Below, in pieces: positions 11,340 through 23,243 of a stretch of DNA of 33,529 bases. The first letter of the stretch is position 1; every line of letters starts with the position of its first letter. The position numbers were made by a program, and so were the translations under genes. This DNA is from Catajapyx aquilonaris. Lineage: Eukaryota. The notes under the pieces are model-generated. The model was not told the DNA's origin and did no database searches. It saw nothing but the letters and a program-made list of their open reading frames with translations. The stretch spans positions 62,001 through 95,529 of the forward strand of contig KZ538251.1 of the NCBI GenBank assembly GCA_000934665.2. The letters are read 5' to 3'.

Positions 11340-11935
11340 TAGGCTGCTCAGCAAGCTAAACCTTTACTCAGCCATGGTCGATATTTAGGGCCAGAATGAA
11401 GTATTATCATCGGATATGTTGAGCAGGGAATAAATCGAATGAAAAATATAGGACACTTCTTTTTTTCCCTTGCCACGTACGGAAACATGCATATAGCGGA
11501 AACATGTTTACTGCGGAATATGTTATCAAATTGGAGCGATTCCGAAACAAACAGGTTTCACTGTATAATATCAACATAGACTGCATATTTATTTTAAATG
11601 CCAATATATCTGACATTTTACTATGAAGGTGATAATTACATTTAGTACCGATTTGTAAATAATAAGTTACTGTCACTCAAAGCAATTAATCGGATTTTTC
11701 TTATGTTATATTGCAAACGGGAATTAAGATGCTAACTGAGCTTCCAATCTCATTAGTGATGTTTACCTGCCGAATACTTTGTATATTAAGAAAACAGCAA
11801 CAAAGCAGCTCAGAAGGTAAGCTAATTTCAGAGTCTTTCGGTGTGAGATAATATTCTACAACTCCGACGATCCTCTCCTTCATGGTCTTAATCCCTTCTA
11901 ATTATTAATTCCCTTCTGGAATTCCACAACGCAGG
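11340..11935 (-). pseudogene. Decayed non-LTR retrotransposon ORF2 fragment (APE-type endonuclease domain)
   Basis: Minus-strand motifs occur in canonical order across frameshifts: WNSR/GINN (11926 downward; cf. WN.RGL.NK), IVGVVEYYLTPKDSEISLP (cf. IIGITETWL...EI.IPGY), IGSSVSILI (cf. GGGV.I.I), VLYFSFDLFPAQHIR* (cf. II.GDFNAHH..W), then KYRPWLSKGL (cf. K.PWLT..L of CR1/L2-type ORF2). Confidence 0.55.
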
Positions 11936-13739
11936 CATATTCTTTAAAATTTTCATTTCATGAAGCTTTATCCTGTAAAGTAACATGAAAAGTCCCTTAA
12001 GCCCCTCCTCTCAATTCTGATTATAAGTGACAAGTGCTCTTCCTTTTCTGACAATGTAGCCAACATGTTTGAAGTCCAACGTTAGGCATAATTTGGCGAA
12101 TTTTTAACGTGACATTTTTCTCCCTATTCTCTCTATGACGGTACGGTTTTTTTACCTGTCCGTGACAATATCCAGATAACAAGGTGACAAGGTTGAAAAA
12201 AAAATAGTACAAAAATTTCATCCCGACCTCCCCTTTGTTTGGTGTAAATGAGTGCTGTACCCTCCGCGCGATTCACAGGGAATTCGAATCTCCATAATTT
12301 GTGGAGCATTATGCAAATGTAAATGCGGAAGAAGTAATTGGGGATTTTCATCGGTTGATTAGCAAGGAGAAAGAGTGAACGGATCCATTCGAGAGTCGAA
12401 ATAAAAAAGAGTGCTACACTGCGCCAAGCATTTCTGGTTGCACAAATACTGATTCGGTTCCCTTTCCCGCATCAAGTAGATTGCTTTGAACAGTTGCAAT
12501 AATGCGTGCATTATTACTGCATCACCAAAATTGCAACTGGTAATATGACACAGTACCGTATATTGCAAATAATGTGGCGCGTTTTTGCTTTTTTTTGTCA
12601 AAGCTTTCTGCAAATTCTCAGCGGTCGCACACAAAATGAGGTGTGTATTGTACATTTGCATTGCACTACTTCGTGAGAAAGTGTCAATGCCCATTTAAAA
12701 TGTTAATTACAAAGCTGGGTATCAGCAGGGTTTCGTATATTATTCAGCAGCGAACACGTTTTTCCGTTCCCAATGCTTCCAACACTGGGTGATCGGTTGT
12801 CAACGTTAGGCCAGACATAAAACTCAACTCCAGCGATTTAAATAAGTAATGAGCGACATCATGCGGTGAGAATTTTGGAATTCCACAATGCGAACTCTTT
12901 GAAATCACTTGAGCGCCCAATCCTGATGAATGTAATCTGCTTTGTGTTCTTTCACGCCTATAATGTGCTTACCAGAGAATAATTCTGCCGTCTACCACCC
13001 CATTCCTTGAAACCACGACATCGAGAGAGATTGTGGCTCCAATCCACAAAGTTCATGTCTCGACAGCTGGTTTGGTAGACAACTTAAGTGGATAAATGAA
13101 GGCATCCAGCAGTCCGTTCCCTCTATACAGTATAAAGCGCTTCAAGATGAAGCGTTAGAAGGCTCACGACTTCATCTTGAAACTTCTTTTTTCCCCCAAA
13201 ATGCCTGGCGTCTCACGGCACGGAAGTAATACATTTTTCCACGTCTTTAGCTCCTCCAAGACTTGGCTTTTGGACAATATTGTGATAGATCTGAATCGGC
13301 AGGAAACAGTGCAGGCTCGAAAATTGCTGACACCACGTTTCAACTTTTCCCCCTACACGTCTATACCTGAAACTCGCATGCCATTTCCCCCCTTTTTGTT
13401 CTTTGTCTAAGATGTCGAGTGAATGAGTGAGAGGAAGCACGAGACGATTTGGACAAGCCTACAAGCTACTAGGTGTTAGAAAACCGACGGATCGTGCGGA
13501 GGCAAAAGAGTATTTTTTTGTGACAAACACTGCACGAGTTAATCTTTTTTTTCCTGTATTTGCGTGTATTCTTTCCATATAGCTTCCAGGAAACCGAATC
13601 ATTGATAGCGATAGCCGGGTATGAGTGTAGAATGAAGTCACATTGTTGTCGCCTAGGTGTAACCTGAGAGTTGACACTGGTTGGTGTAATTTGATTTATA
13701 ACGTTTAAACGTCGTTATTTTTTCCCTGGATGGACATGC

Positions 13740-14170
13740 GGCTGACCACGTGTTTCGAAAATCATGACGTTATTTTTCGTCGCGTTTAAGCACCTCGCGG
13801 GCCCATGACCGTTAGACCGTTGAGGTTGCGTTCCACCAATCAGCTCATGCTGCTCAGCCTTGCGTGGCCCTCGCTGATTGGTGACAACAACGCCCGTGTA
13901 TAGACACCCGAAGAGCCATGACGTGACAGTGTCCGCGCCAGTAAAGTGCCGGCTAATTATGCCCCTTGTTCTTCTCACCATCGATACGTGATTGATGAGT
14001 GGCCGTTGCGAAAGGACGCCATGATTCGGCCCAGATTCGATTAGTCCTTCCGTCACGTGTGGGTCAAGTACCCAGCTAGGCAAACTGGGTGTGGTGTAAT
14101 ATCGCCTTACTCCCCCAGCCAAATCGACAACTTGCGCCTGCCATTGGTATGTCATTACACGGCTCGAAAA
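13740..14170. promoter_or_regulatory. CpG-rich promoter-like or enhancer-like segment
   Basis: CpG density is visibly higher than in the flanks. An inverted CCAAT-box pair CACCAATCAGC (13834-13844) / GCTGATTGGTG (13873-13883), CATGACGT twice (13763-13770, 13917-13924), and CACGTG E-boxes at 13747 and 14054 (the latter GTCACGTG) are present. No transcript evidence. Confidence 0.4.
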
Positions 14171-14888
14171 GCGCTTATAACAAACTTTTATTCATGCCGG
14201 AATGAGCTGGGACAATGGAGTAATAAGCCGTTGTAATATTTTAGTGTCATGACCGTGATAATCGCACCTGCTATTAGGGCGTGGGAGGCCTGCATGCAGC
14301 AAAATTTTCCTTCCCAACCCAACGACAAGCGTCAAGGTCGGAGCTCCTGGATCAAATGGCCTCTGGCATGCACAAAAACACCATTTTTTGGGGGGTTGAG
14401 ATATATATATTTTGTAGGGGGTAGGGAGGGCCAACGCAATAACTCGAGGCAGAAGAAATATGATTCGGAAATATTCCTGCATTGCCAAGGATTTGGAGAT
14501 CTGTATAGCCGCGAGTGTTTTACGCCGTGTGAAAACATCGCACTTGCTGCTGTTCTCAGGTCGTAATTTTGCACCTTTCAAAAGTCATATTTATGGCTGG
14601 AGGTGGGGAAAAAAATAGTGGGCTGGCTGTTCTCTCTTGCGCGGCAAAAACACACTAACTGACAAAAATGAAACTTGCGGGGGGAAATGTATATTCTGAC
14701 CCGACAACCCCTTGACTCTGTGCAAATAACTTATCCTTGTCTTCTTATGTAAGTATAGTCCAATCTGCCTGTTTGCTTTATGCTTTCAACTACATTTAGA
14801 CTGGGTTCACACAGGCGTCATTGAGTCGTTGTGGTTGGAATCCGCCAGTCAATGTTAGCTAGTTTGGAGCTGATATGTGGGTCCCAAC

Positions 14889-15150
14889 TGGAGCTGTGAA
14901 ATGTCAGGATTTTCATATCGCAAAGTGTTATTATGAAATATCGAGTTGCTTGTGATATATTGAAATGCTAACTATTGCCAATATCACAAATCGCATTGGC
15001 AAATCTTATATCACACCGGAATATTGAAAAATGACTTCAAAAACCGAATGTCACAAATTCTACATTGACAGATCGCTGTGCATTTGTCAAAATATCGATG
15101 CAATATTGAGAAAAAAATTGTTCACTATATCAAAATATTGCACAGCCCTA
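14889..15150. mobile_element. Decayed hAT-type MITE (TAGGGCTG...CAGCCCTA class)
   Basis: Right terminus ATATTGCACAGCCCTA (ends 15150). The left terminus TGGAGCTGTGAAATGT matches its reverse complement at 12/16. The interior is rich in ATATCG/ATATTG subterminal motifs. No 8-bp TSD is recognisable. Confidence 0.55.
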
Positions 15151-17436
15151 TTTATATGCTCCCAAATAACAGTGCATTTGGTGCTTAGAGTCTATCTCTG
15201 CACAGAGGGTTTAAAATGTAACGCATAAACACAATGCAATTCTGCATGCCTCATATACTATATATGCCGTTAGTACATTTAAGCTCGGCACTGTAGAGTC
15301 GGGCTAGCTCTAGTACGAAACAAGTCAGCGTGGTATTTATTCATACCAAGGTTGGCCGCAGCGTGATCCACCTAGTTACCTGCAAAGCCCGGCCAAAAGG
15401 CCAGTACGAATCCAACTGGTGTCGCCTAATTACCACCAAATCATATCATATGGTTCGCCCCAAACTTTGCTGCCTAATTAGTTTGGCAATAACTCCCCAT
15501 CAACCCGGTGGCAAATGCTTCAAAGCCAGCTAGGTACTACCACGCTTCCTTTCCACACTAACCTTTTAGGGAGTGGCCTTTTCACAATTGGCTCAATCAT
15601 TCTTCAATAGAGCGTTAACGACCCGAGTCCACACTTGGGGAGCTCCTTGTCATTAAAACGATCATTTGGAACCATTTCCCCCCCCCTCACCTTCTTCGAT
15701 CTTCTACTGTGTACTTTCCATCGTCTTTTCTTTGCCTTGGACACAGGTGAAAATTACCTCGTTTCTTATCAAAAGTAGCCCGAAATATTTCGCGTAGTAG
15801 TACAAATCGATACGGAGAATCCTAATGGTGTTAAAATGAGTCCTGTGTGAATAGTGACGCAATCCATGAAAGCAGGACACGACTTAAAAATAGTGTGTGT
15901 GAAGGGGAAAAAATGGGAGGAAATGAATGGTATTAGTGGCGGCGTAGAGAGAATTTTTCATGCGCGGCCTCATCCATTTAATGCTGGCGAAATGCTTGCT
16001 TGCATGTTCAAACCTCCTGGCATGAAAAGGAGGTTAGCAAACGCATTTTGGCCTGGTTGGGTTCCCAGACAAAGAAAAATCGGTTTTGGGGCAGAGTGGG
16101 AGGGTACGAGTTCTGGTTAACCAGTGGCCTCAGACGCCATGGTGGAAACGCGTGAACATGACGCTGATGACTCGGTGACGCCCTGTGTCATGGTCACCCA
16201 TGCTTCACCCACCAACTACTCTCCGGGTTCAATTTGCACACAAGAGGCCGCCATATTCCACCTAGCGGCCATTCATAACCTGTGTGGCGTGACCTGTTAT
16301 TTTTAATCCGTCCCAGCGTACAAATAAATAGTAAGGCAGTACATGTTGGAATATGGGCGACTAAATTAGCGCGGTGGCTGGCAAACAATAGTGTGAAAAA
16401 TTAATTCCGCTGTGTTATTGAAATCTGATGTTGTGGGGTGCCGAATACGTCCCGCAAATCAGGACATGCGGATTTTATACCAAAGGGACATATTCTGCAA
16501 TTGTGTTGGGTCCAAATACTATATGAATTATGGGGAGTAATGAATTGGCTATGGCCCTAAACTCATATCCATGATTGTATAGGCCTGTTCTATATGGCAA
16601 GGTGTGTCATTAATCTGAGAATGTGATGATTGTAATGTTACTCATTTCCATTTGGTGTGGGATATCATTAAATGCAAGGTTTCGAATATTGCGTGTACAG
16701 CAATGCTGGCTGTGAAATAGTGTGTTGCAATGTACGCCATGATTATGTTCCATGGTCCCAATTGATGATGTTTAATGGCAGGGGCATTTAATTATCTAAA
16801 CTAAACAGGGAATTCCTCTGGTTAATGAAATGCTCTATATGTTCTTACGTGTGACATGCTAATATGAGAAGTGTGTACCAGCATGCGGCATTGAATAAGC
16901 ATGAACTGTAAATACAACAACTAAAGCAATAGCAACATCACATCAAACTGGATAGTCAACTATACGGAGGAGAAGGAAGTTACACGTTACACGGCAACAT
17001 TTAATAATCTGTAATAATTAACTTAGTTTTTTATTTAAAAAAGCTTCGCTATATTGTTAAAGTATGTCTGTCCATGTACTCTGGTTTATATAACAGTAAA
17101 ATTCTAAATTATTATTTTAAAAATATTCTGGAAACACACTGATTACATTTCCGGAGTTTCGTGTAACATACAAGTGGAAAAGTCCCACACATAACAATCA
17201 GTTTGTAGTGCAGCCGAACAATTCATCAGAACCCCCCAATGTCAATTAATTACGATAATTATTACGATAATCATATATTGTATACCAGTGTATCGTTCAA
17301 TGGGCATGGTTCACATGCATAATACATTAGCACAATTAGGTAACAGGGCCATTTACCGACTCAAAACTTTCCAATGGCACATGAATCAAGCTTGCACCAT
17401 CAACCGTCTTCCCCAATGTGACCTCCCCTTCTATTT

Positions 17437-17698
17437 TTTGTAACTTGTTGCGAAAGGATATGGTGCTGTGTAGGTGAGGAGAATCCGGGAGGAAATTGGG
17501 TCTGAGGAGGGGGTTTTGAAGGAGGAGGATTTCTGACTGGAGAAGTGCGGGGAAAAGGAGAAGAGAGTCTGGAGGGATGGGGAATGGGGGAGGTTGCCGT
17601 CTTCCCCGCCTTTGCCATCATGTGTAGTGAAGGGTGCGAGGAGAAACGGGAGGAAATTGAAGCAGAGGGCCTGCTGGCGAAGGGAGTTGAAAGCATAA
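17437..17698 (+). pseudogene. Decayed C-terminal part of an RTE-like non-LTR retrotransposon ORF
   Basis: FVTCCERI (17437-17460; cf. FEM.C.RRI), a frameshift, then from 17477 RRIREEIGSEEGVLKEEDF*LEKCG...GRLPSS...VVKGARRNGRKLKQRACWRRELKA* (cf. IR...G...I...RL.W.GH..R...RLP...V.G.R.RGRP..RW). Confidence 0.45.
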
Positions 17699-18429
17699 GT
17701 AGCCGCTGCATCTTGCACCCTGCCTGCGGATACTACTACCTGGGATTTAGGAAACAACTTTTTGGACAATAAAATTACCGGCTTCCGCCTCCTATCCCCA
17801 GTCCAATTTATGATCCCAACCTGCTTGTCCATTCATGTATACCTTGCCTAATGGTTGGCCCATTACAGTGAATATATATTTTTTGGAAGAAGACTTCCAT
17901 ATTGATTTTTAACTTGCGGCCATCAATTTTGTAGCAATGGAAATAAATAATGCAGGCAGTAAGTGCTTCTTCAAATCATTTCGCGTGCAATACTGCTCTT
18001 CCGTTTGCGTCTATCCACACGAACACAGGAAAGGCCCACAAAATCATGAGTAGTTGCCTATTTTATATACGCCCCCCCGGAGTTACTTTGGCACATAACT
18101 GATTTTTTTTTGTTGGATGTTGTATACTAAGCATGCGCTTGCGACGGGGAAATCATATGGGAATCATTCTTGCTTGTCTCTTTTTTATTATTTAAGTAGC
18201 CATACAGTATTGTACGTCAGTCGTGATTGAATGATTGTCATATCTAGCGTTATCGCTGCGCAAATGTCTGAAGGGGGGATGGTTGGAAATCTAGTTTTCT
18301 ACCTCTCTCCCCTAAGAAACTTCCACGATGCTCAATATGCGCTTTATAAAATATATCCTTTTTACATGACTAGAGTACCAACATGGATTTTCCTTTTCCT
18401 CTGCGCAGTCTGGGAGGGAGGGACGGGGG

Positions 18430-19175
18430 GAAGAAAAAATAATAAACTAATATTTTGGGGGCGGTCTCTTGTGAGGTTCACAGAGGCGATAGATAGTAGC
18501 CTTGCAGTAGCTTCATCACGTATCCACATAATCGCCACTTTAATAACTGCTGATATCGAATTACCACACTTCTGAGGCGGGATCGATATATAAATTTAGC
18601 GAGGAGTCCTGACGATGGAAACTGTCCAGACTGCGCATAGTAAAGGATTTTCGTGTCTCTTTCAAAGTCCAAAGAGTTCAACCCGCAATAAATTAATACT
18701 CTGCTTCGTGTCACATAGATTATTACCTGCAAGTGCCACAACTGTAGGACCAAAACATGCGCTTATAATTACATTGCCAAGGTAATTTGGCTTATTATGG
18801 GTATTTGCGGGTCTTCCTGAGGCACCTTGGGGGGAAGCCAACACAAATATCATATCGTTTAACTTGTACAGAGCAAGTCCCAGGGCTTGCATCTCATTTC
18901 GTCCACTCCTGTGGGAGACTGGATCCATGAATTGTGGATGTAGTCACCTGGCTCGAGAAAGGCGATTCTTGGCCTGACTCATTCGTCAGTAACTTCACCC
19001 TGTATGAAAATCATCATACGCTAGAGACTAAACCTAGATGAGATCCGGCCATTACCTCTGAAAGTGTAAAGGGCACTCTCCAAATGGCTTGACGCGGTCG
19101 GTACACAATAATTACAGCACAACACGCGGCGCATGTTTTATCAAGAAACATCCGGCCATAATCATTGCATAGGAA
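18430..19175 (-). pseudogene. Possible fossil of a Polinton/Maverick (adintovirus-like) minor capsid/penton gene
   Basis: Three consecutive, partly overlapping minus-strand ORFs give, in order, LCNDYGRMFLDKT...IWRVPFTLSEV, IAFLEPGDY, MQALGL, VLIYC...KILYY, NLLRV and IYISIP...WIRDE..RLL. These resemble my recollection of penton motifs (FP.NT...W.V.LSEI; I.PG.Y; LGF; IYC; LLRV; IY.P...I.I.IRD). Highly diverged. Confidence 0.3.
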
Positions 19176-22100
19176 TTGGTTCCACGAAGATTGTTGTTCT
19201 GCCAAGCGAATCGTAGTCAAATCCGACGTAATTTCCTTCATTGTTTACAAACTCTCAGCTTCTTGATTAAGTTGGAGATGTGCAAACACAAGTTTCCCTT
19301 CATCTCGAGATGCACTTTGTAGTTTGGTCACATATTTTCCAGAGTAGATTGGAAGCTCGGCTCACTTGCAGTTTTGATACAGTATTGTACTGTATACAGT
19401 ATACCGGAGATGGCAACAATAAATCTGTTTTACACAACAACAAAAATCGGTATCGACGTTCCACAATATTCACAACTAGCGCCACCTATATGCAGGAAAC
19501 CAGGCGACATCTGCTGGGCCCTGTTTCTCCCCAACATTTCCCATCGCAAAAAGGTGCGGCGCTTCCCCATCTCGGTTATGAAAATCTTTGGCCCGCGGTT
19601 TTTCCTGCTCGGTAGAAAAACATGCAGAATCTCAAAACAGCGCACAAAAATTTGAGATTCGCTAATACCCGCGAGTCGCAGAGCTGACCTCAGTGCCTCT
19701 TTTGACAACGCCACTAACCCAATTAGCAGCACTTTGAATCTCGTCTTTTCCCCGCGCAATGGTACCCGCGAGCTTCGTTAACAAAGTCAAATGAAGAAGG
19801 TTTCGTAGTGGGACCCCGAGATAATTTCCCTGTGGGGACAAGGGACGGGATTGCGAGCTGGGGATATACATTTGCTTGCATTTTTGTGTTGCTTTAGAGA
19901 GTTGGGTATACCCTGCGGTGCAGGAAGCTCACAGAAATGCCACTTCCGAAGGGACGCCTGATGCGTATACAGTATATCACTCCCTCAGTCCTGAAGAATA
20001 AATTATGTATATGTACCTATCGGTAGACGCCCCCGAAATGTCAGGCTGTCCGTAGAAACGTAGGAGACATTTTGGTTGACTGACAGATATACGGGGATAA
20101 AGTTAACCTCCACACTTTTTAGGTCAGGTCATACTGTTTGGCGATTAAATTTAACAGTTCTCTGGTCGGCATATTAAATTATGCAGCACCAGGTGGCAAA
20201 TGTTGTATTTGACCAATAATTTGCGAATTATGGTAATTTTGGAAGTAAAGATTGGTAACTATTTAATTGACGATTTAATTACTTCATAATTGTGGTACTG
20301 ATATATATTGTCCGGAGTGCATAACCCTATTTCATCAAATCGCCTAGGTCGTTAATTTTAGCACCAGATTATTAACAGCATGTTTAATGCTTGGAAATGT
20401 CAGTTGCTGCATCGAAAAAACGGGTGTGTTGACCACTACCGGAAATCAATTTAAAAATACAAAATATTTGTGTGCATGACTGCGCTTTTGTTTAGGTTAA
20501 TAAATATGCCTTCCTACATGGAAGAACACAGCTCACATAGAGAAAAATAGATTGCTCCATCTGTCAAGTACCACTGACATCTCTATAGCCTACAAACATG
20601 GGCACGAATTCATTTCGAAGCATTGTTTTTCATCTGAGCGGACCTCTCGGGGTCACCCTTTGTCCCTCTTCATTCGTTCCAAATCTTTTTTTCCTCCTCC
20701 TCTTTCTTGAGACCTTCACGCATTGTATATGAAACAATATTGTTTCTTCTGTAGCCTGTGTCCAAGCTTTTTGCAGATGTCAACAATATTTGTGGACAAA
20801 TATGCGAATGCCATTCAGAACTCGAATTTTCAGACAGGACACCTCCTATATTTGGACAGTAGAATTTAACTTTCGGTTAGGTTGACACTCTTTGCCCCGC
20901 CTCTTAGAAGACACCAAAGGTGTCGCTTCTGATTTTCTGGCTGGGTTCTGAAATCCTTGGATTTTCTATCGGTGTAAACTTAGCAATAGCCTGGGCGTTA
21001 TTGCATTCAAGACGACTTTTCTTCTAGTTGGCGTGCACTGGAGTCTACATCTAGTGAAATGGTCAATTAAAGGGTCATTTTCTACCCCTCACCAAACTCT
21101 CCAAACGAATTATTTTCTATTCGAGGAGAAAATGAGAGCTTCTTTTATGTCGCACTTCTTCCCCCAACTGCAAAGCATAGTGTCACCGTCCAGGAAGTCA
21201 TCTTCTGCCGGGTCACAGCTGCATCGCCTATAGATTATTGAATCCCTGTTCGAAATTACCCGACCTTAGCGAATTTAGTACCAATAATCTAGGAGTTATA
21301 GCCCAGGGAACGGCTGATATGAATTTCTCCAATACTGAAACTAGATACTTTGCAGGAAACGATTCGGATTCGGTCACCGAGTACATTTTCAGGCTCCAAT
21401 GTATTTTTTTTTCTTACAATTTTTTTTGGTACAATAAAACTCGTCAATATTTTTGTCCAGCCCGTAGATGGCCAAATTATCCGACTTAATAAACCCTTCT
21501 GTCTTGTTTAAGAAATAATAAAATTCTCGTGTCTGGTATAGGAAGACTACAAAACGCACAGTAATTCTCCTCGTTTTTTCTCGCTTTTATTTTATACCGA
21601 TCGTCTCCGGCACTCTGCGAAACTTTTTTCTCCTGGAGCACTTGGAGGAAAGTTAAAAAAGAAAGAGGAAGCAACTCATAAAGAATGAGAGAACGAGGTA
21701 ATGTGATCATGGTGCGGAACTAACACGGGACAAAAGCCTACAAAGTTTATACTCGCAGGGTCGCCATTTATCAGTTAGACCCTAATGAGGGATGGACCAT
21801 TTTGAGGATGTGCCAGTGTCAGTTTTTAATGGCAGGGCTAGATTTATTGAGCACTGCACACAACATGCCAGGATTTGTCATGGTGTGGGCATTAAACCAG
21901 AGATTTGCCATAAATGTGCTGATGATGTCTGACGACACGCGGCTTGGATCCCTCTCTACGCTTTTGATGAACGAGCGATGCACGATTTCACAATCACGTG
22001 TAATTTATGTGTTTCGAACGCAAACGCCACTCAAAGAGAGTGTCACGGGGTTTTACTTTGCACTGCATTGTTGTGGGATGTGGCAATCAACGCCACGAGT

Positions 22101-22309
22101 TACTGTAGAGTCCACTTATTCTTATACTAAGGTCACATGAGGTCTTTTAAATGTGTGGATGTTTAGTCATAATGTTACATTCTAATTTAATTTTTATTCA
22201 CATTATTTGGTGTCAGACCATACAGGAGAAAAGATGGACCAATACTGTTTAATTCGTGCACACAGTACCAAAACGGGCAGGATAGTCATCTATTTATAAT
22301 GATTATATT

Positions 22310-23130
22310 GTACACATGTTGACATAATATGGACACAATGTTTGTTCCAAAACAACTCCATACGCATAGCCTTCAGCCTGTGTAGCTTGCAGCATCCACA
22401 TGTTGGCCAGAATTACTAAATGTAAGCTTCCTTCTGCCGTAAAAACGAGGCAAAAAACATACAACTGTTCGCGTCATTACACAACAATAAATAGGGGAAG
22501 GGGTATACGTATGCCAGCTAAACCTCTCGTTTTTGATGTCAAAACCGCCTGCAGCGGGTTGTCATCGTCAGAGTTGATTATTGTTTCCAGCCTGAAGAGC
22601 GACCACACAATCTTTTCCGAGCATGTGAGGCAAATTTTTGTGCCAATGTTCTTTTGTTTGGTATATAGGTACGGTATACTGTGCGGCTAAATCTGACAAC
22701 AATTTTCCTGTTGGAAGCTGCTCCAGTATGCTGGCATCGACATTTTCGGAATTTAAATGCATATAATTGCTTCTCAATTATTAGCGACTTTTTTTTACCT
22801 CAAATTGCAGAAACTTGTTTTAGGATGCAGCATCCAATTGAGCAGGTACCAGCTGTAGAAAACTCGGAATTCGGGCAACGTTCACCTCTATAAAAATGAC
22901 AAAATGTGCCTCGATAACATGCTGCTTGACATTCTCAACGACGAAAGCAGCTGGTCCGTCCGGTCCAACAACAAAAAAATGATAGGCCAGTAATGGGAAC
23001 GACTATACGGACAGTTATGATTCCACATTGTTTCCTGATGAAATAGGCCAAGTGTCAAGAGACCACATTTAAGTAGCTTATTTCCAAAAACAGTTTCTTT
23101 CTAATCCAAATACTGTATCAGTTTTCAATA
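22310..23130 (-). pseudogene. Decayed P-element/THAP9-like transposase, C-terminal half
   Basis: Minus-strand motifs in canonical order: GIITVR (cf. G..ITI.S), LLSS/KQHVIEAHFVI..RG (QHVIE at 22924-22910; cf. LLT..LNQD.LE..F..IR..G), PAQLDAA/LKQV (cf. P...QF.AA.R), RSNY (cf. SNC), KICLTCSEKI (CxxC at 22632-22621), LTSKTRGLAGIRIP (KTRG at 22533-22522; cf. L...K.RGGL..P). Many stops and frameshifts. Confidence 0.5.
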
Positions 23131-23214
23131 ATAATTTCTGCTTGGAACGATTAAAACCACAAGTAAAATTGAAAACAAATAGGTGTCACCATTAAGTATA
23201 GCCTATATCAATCT

Positions 23215-23243
23215 GACGCCCCTCACTAGATGGCAGGGGCGTC
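23215..23243 (+). promoter_or_regulatory. CTCF-like motif (CACTAGATGGCAG) embedded in a perfect 9-bp inverted repeat
   Basis: GACGCCCCT (23215-23223) and AGGGGCGTC (23235-23243) flank CACTAGATGGC, which matches the CTCF core CCACYAGRKGGC. Confidence 0.35.

Noticed and set aside
13715..14155. 146-aa minus-strand ORF
   Set aside because: No recognisable domain. Openness is explained by the GC/CpG-rich composition of the promoter-like segment.
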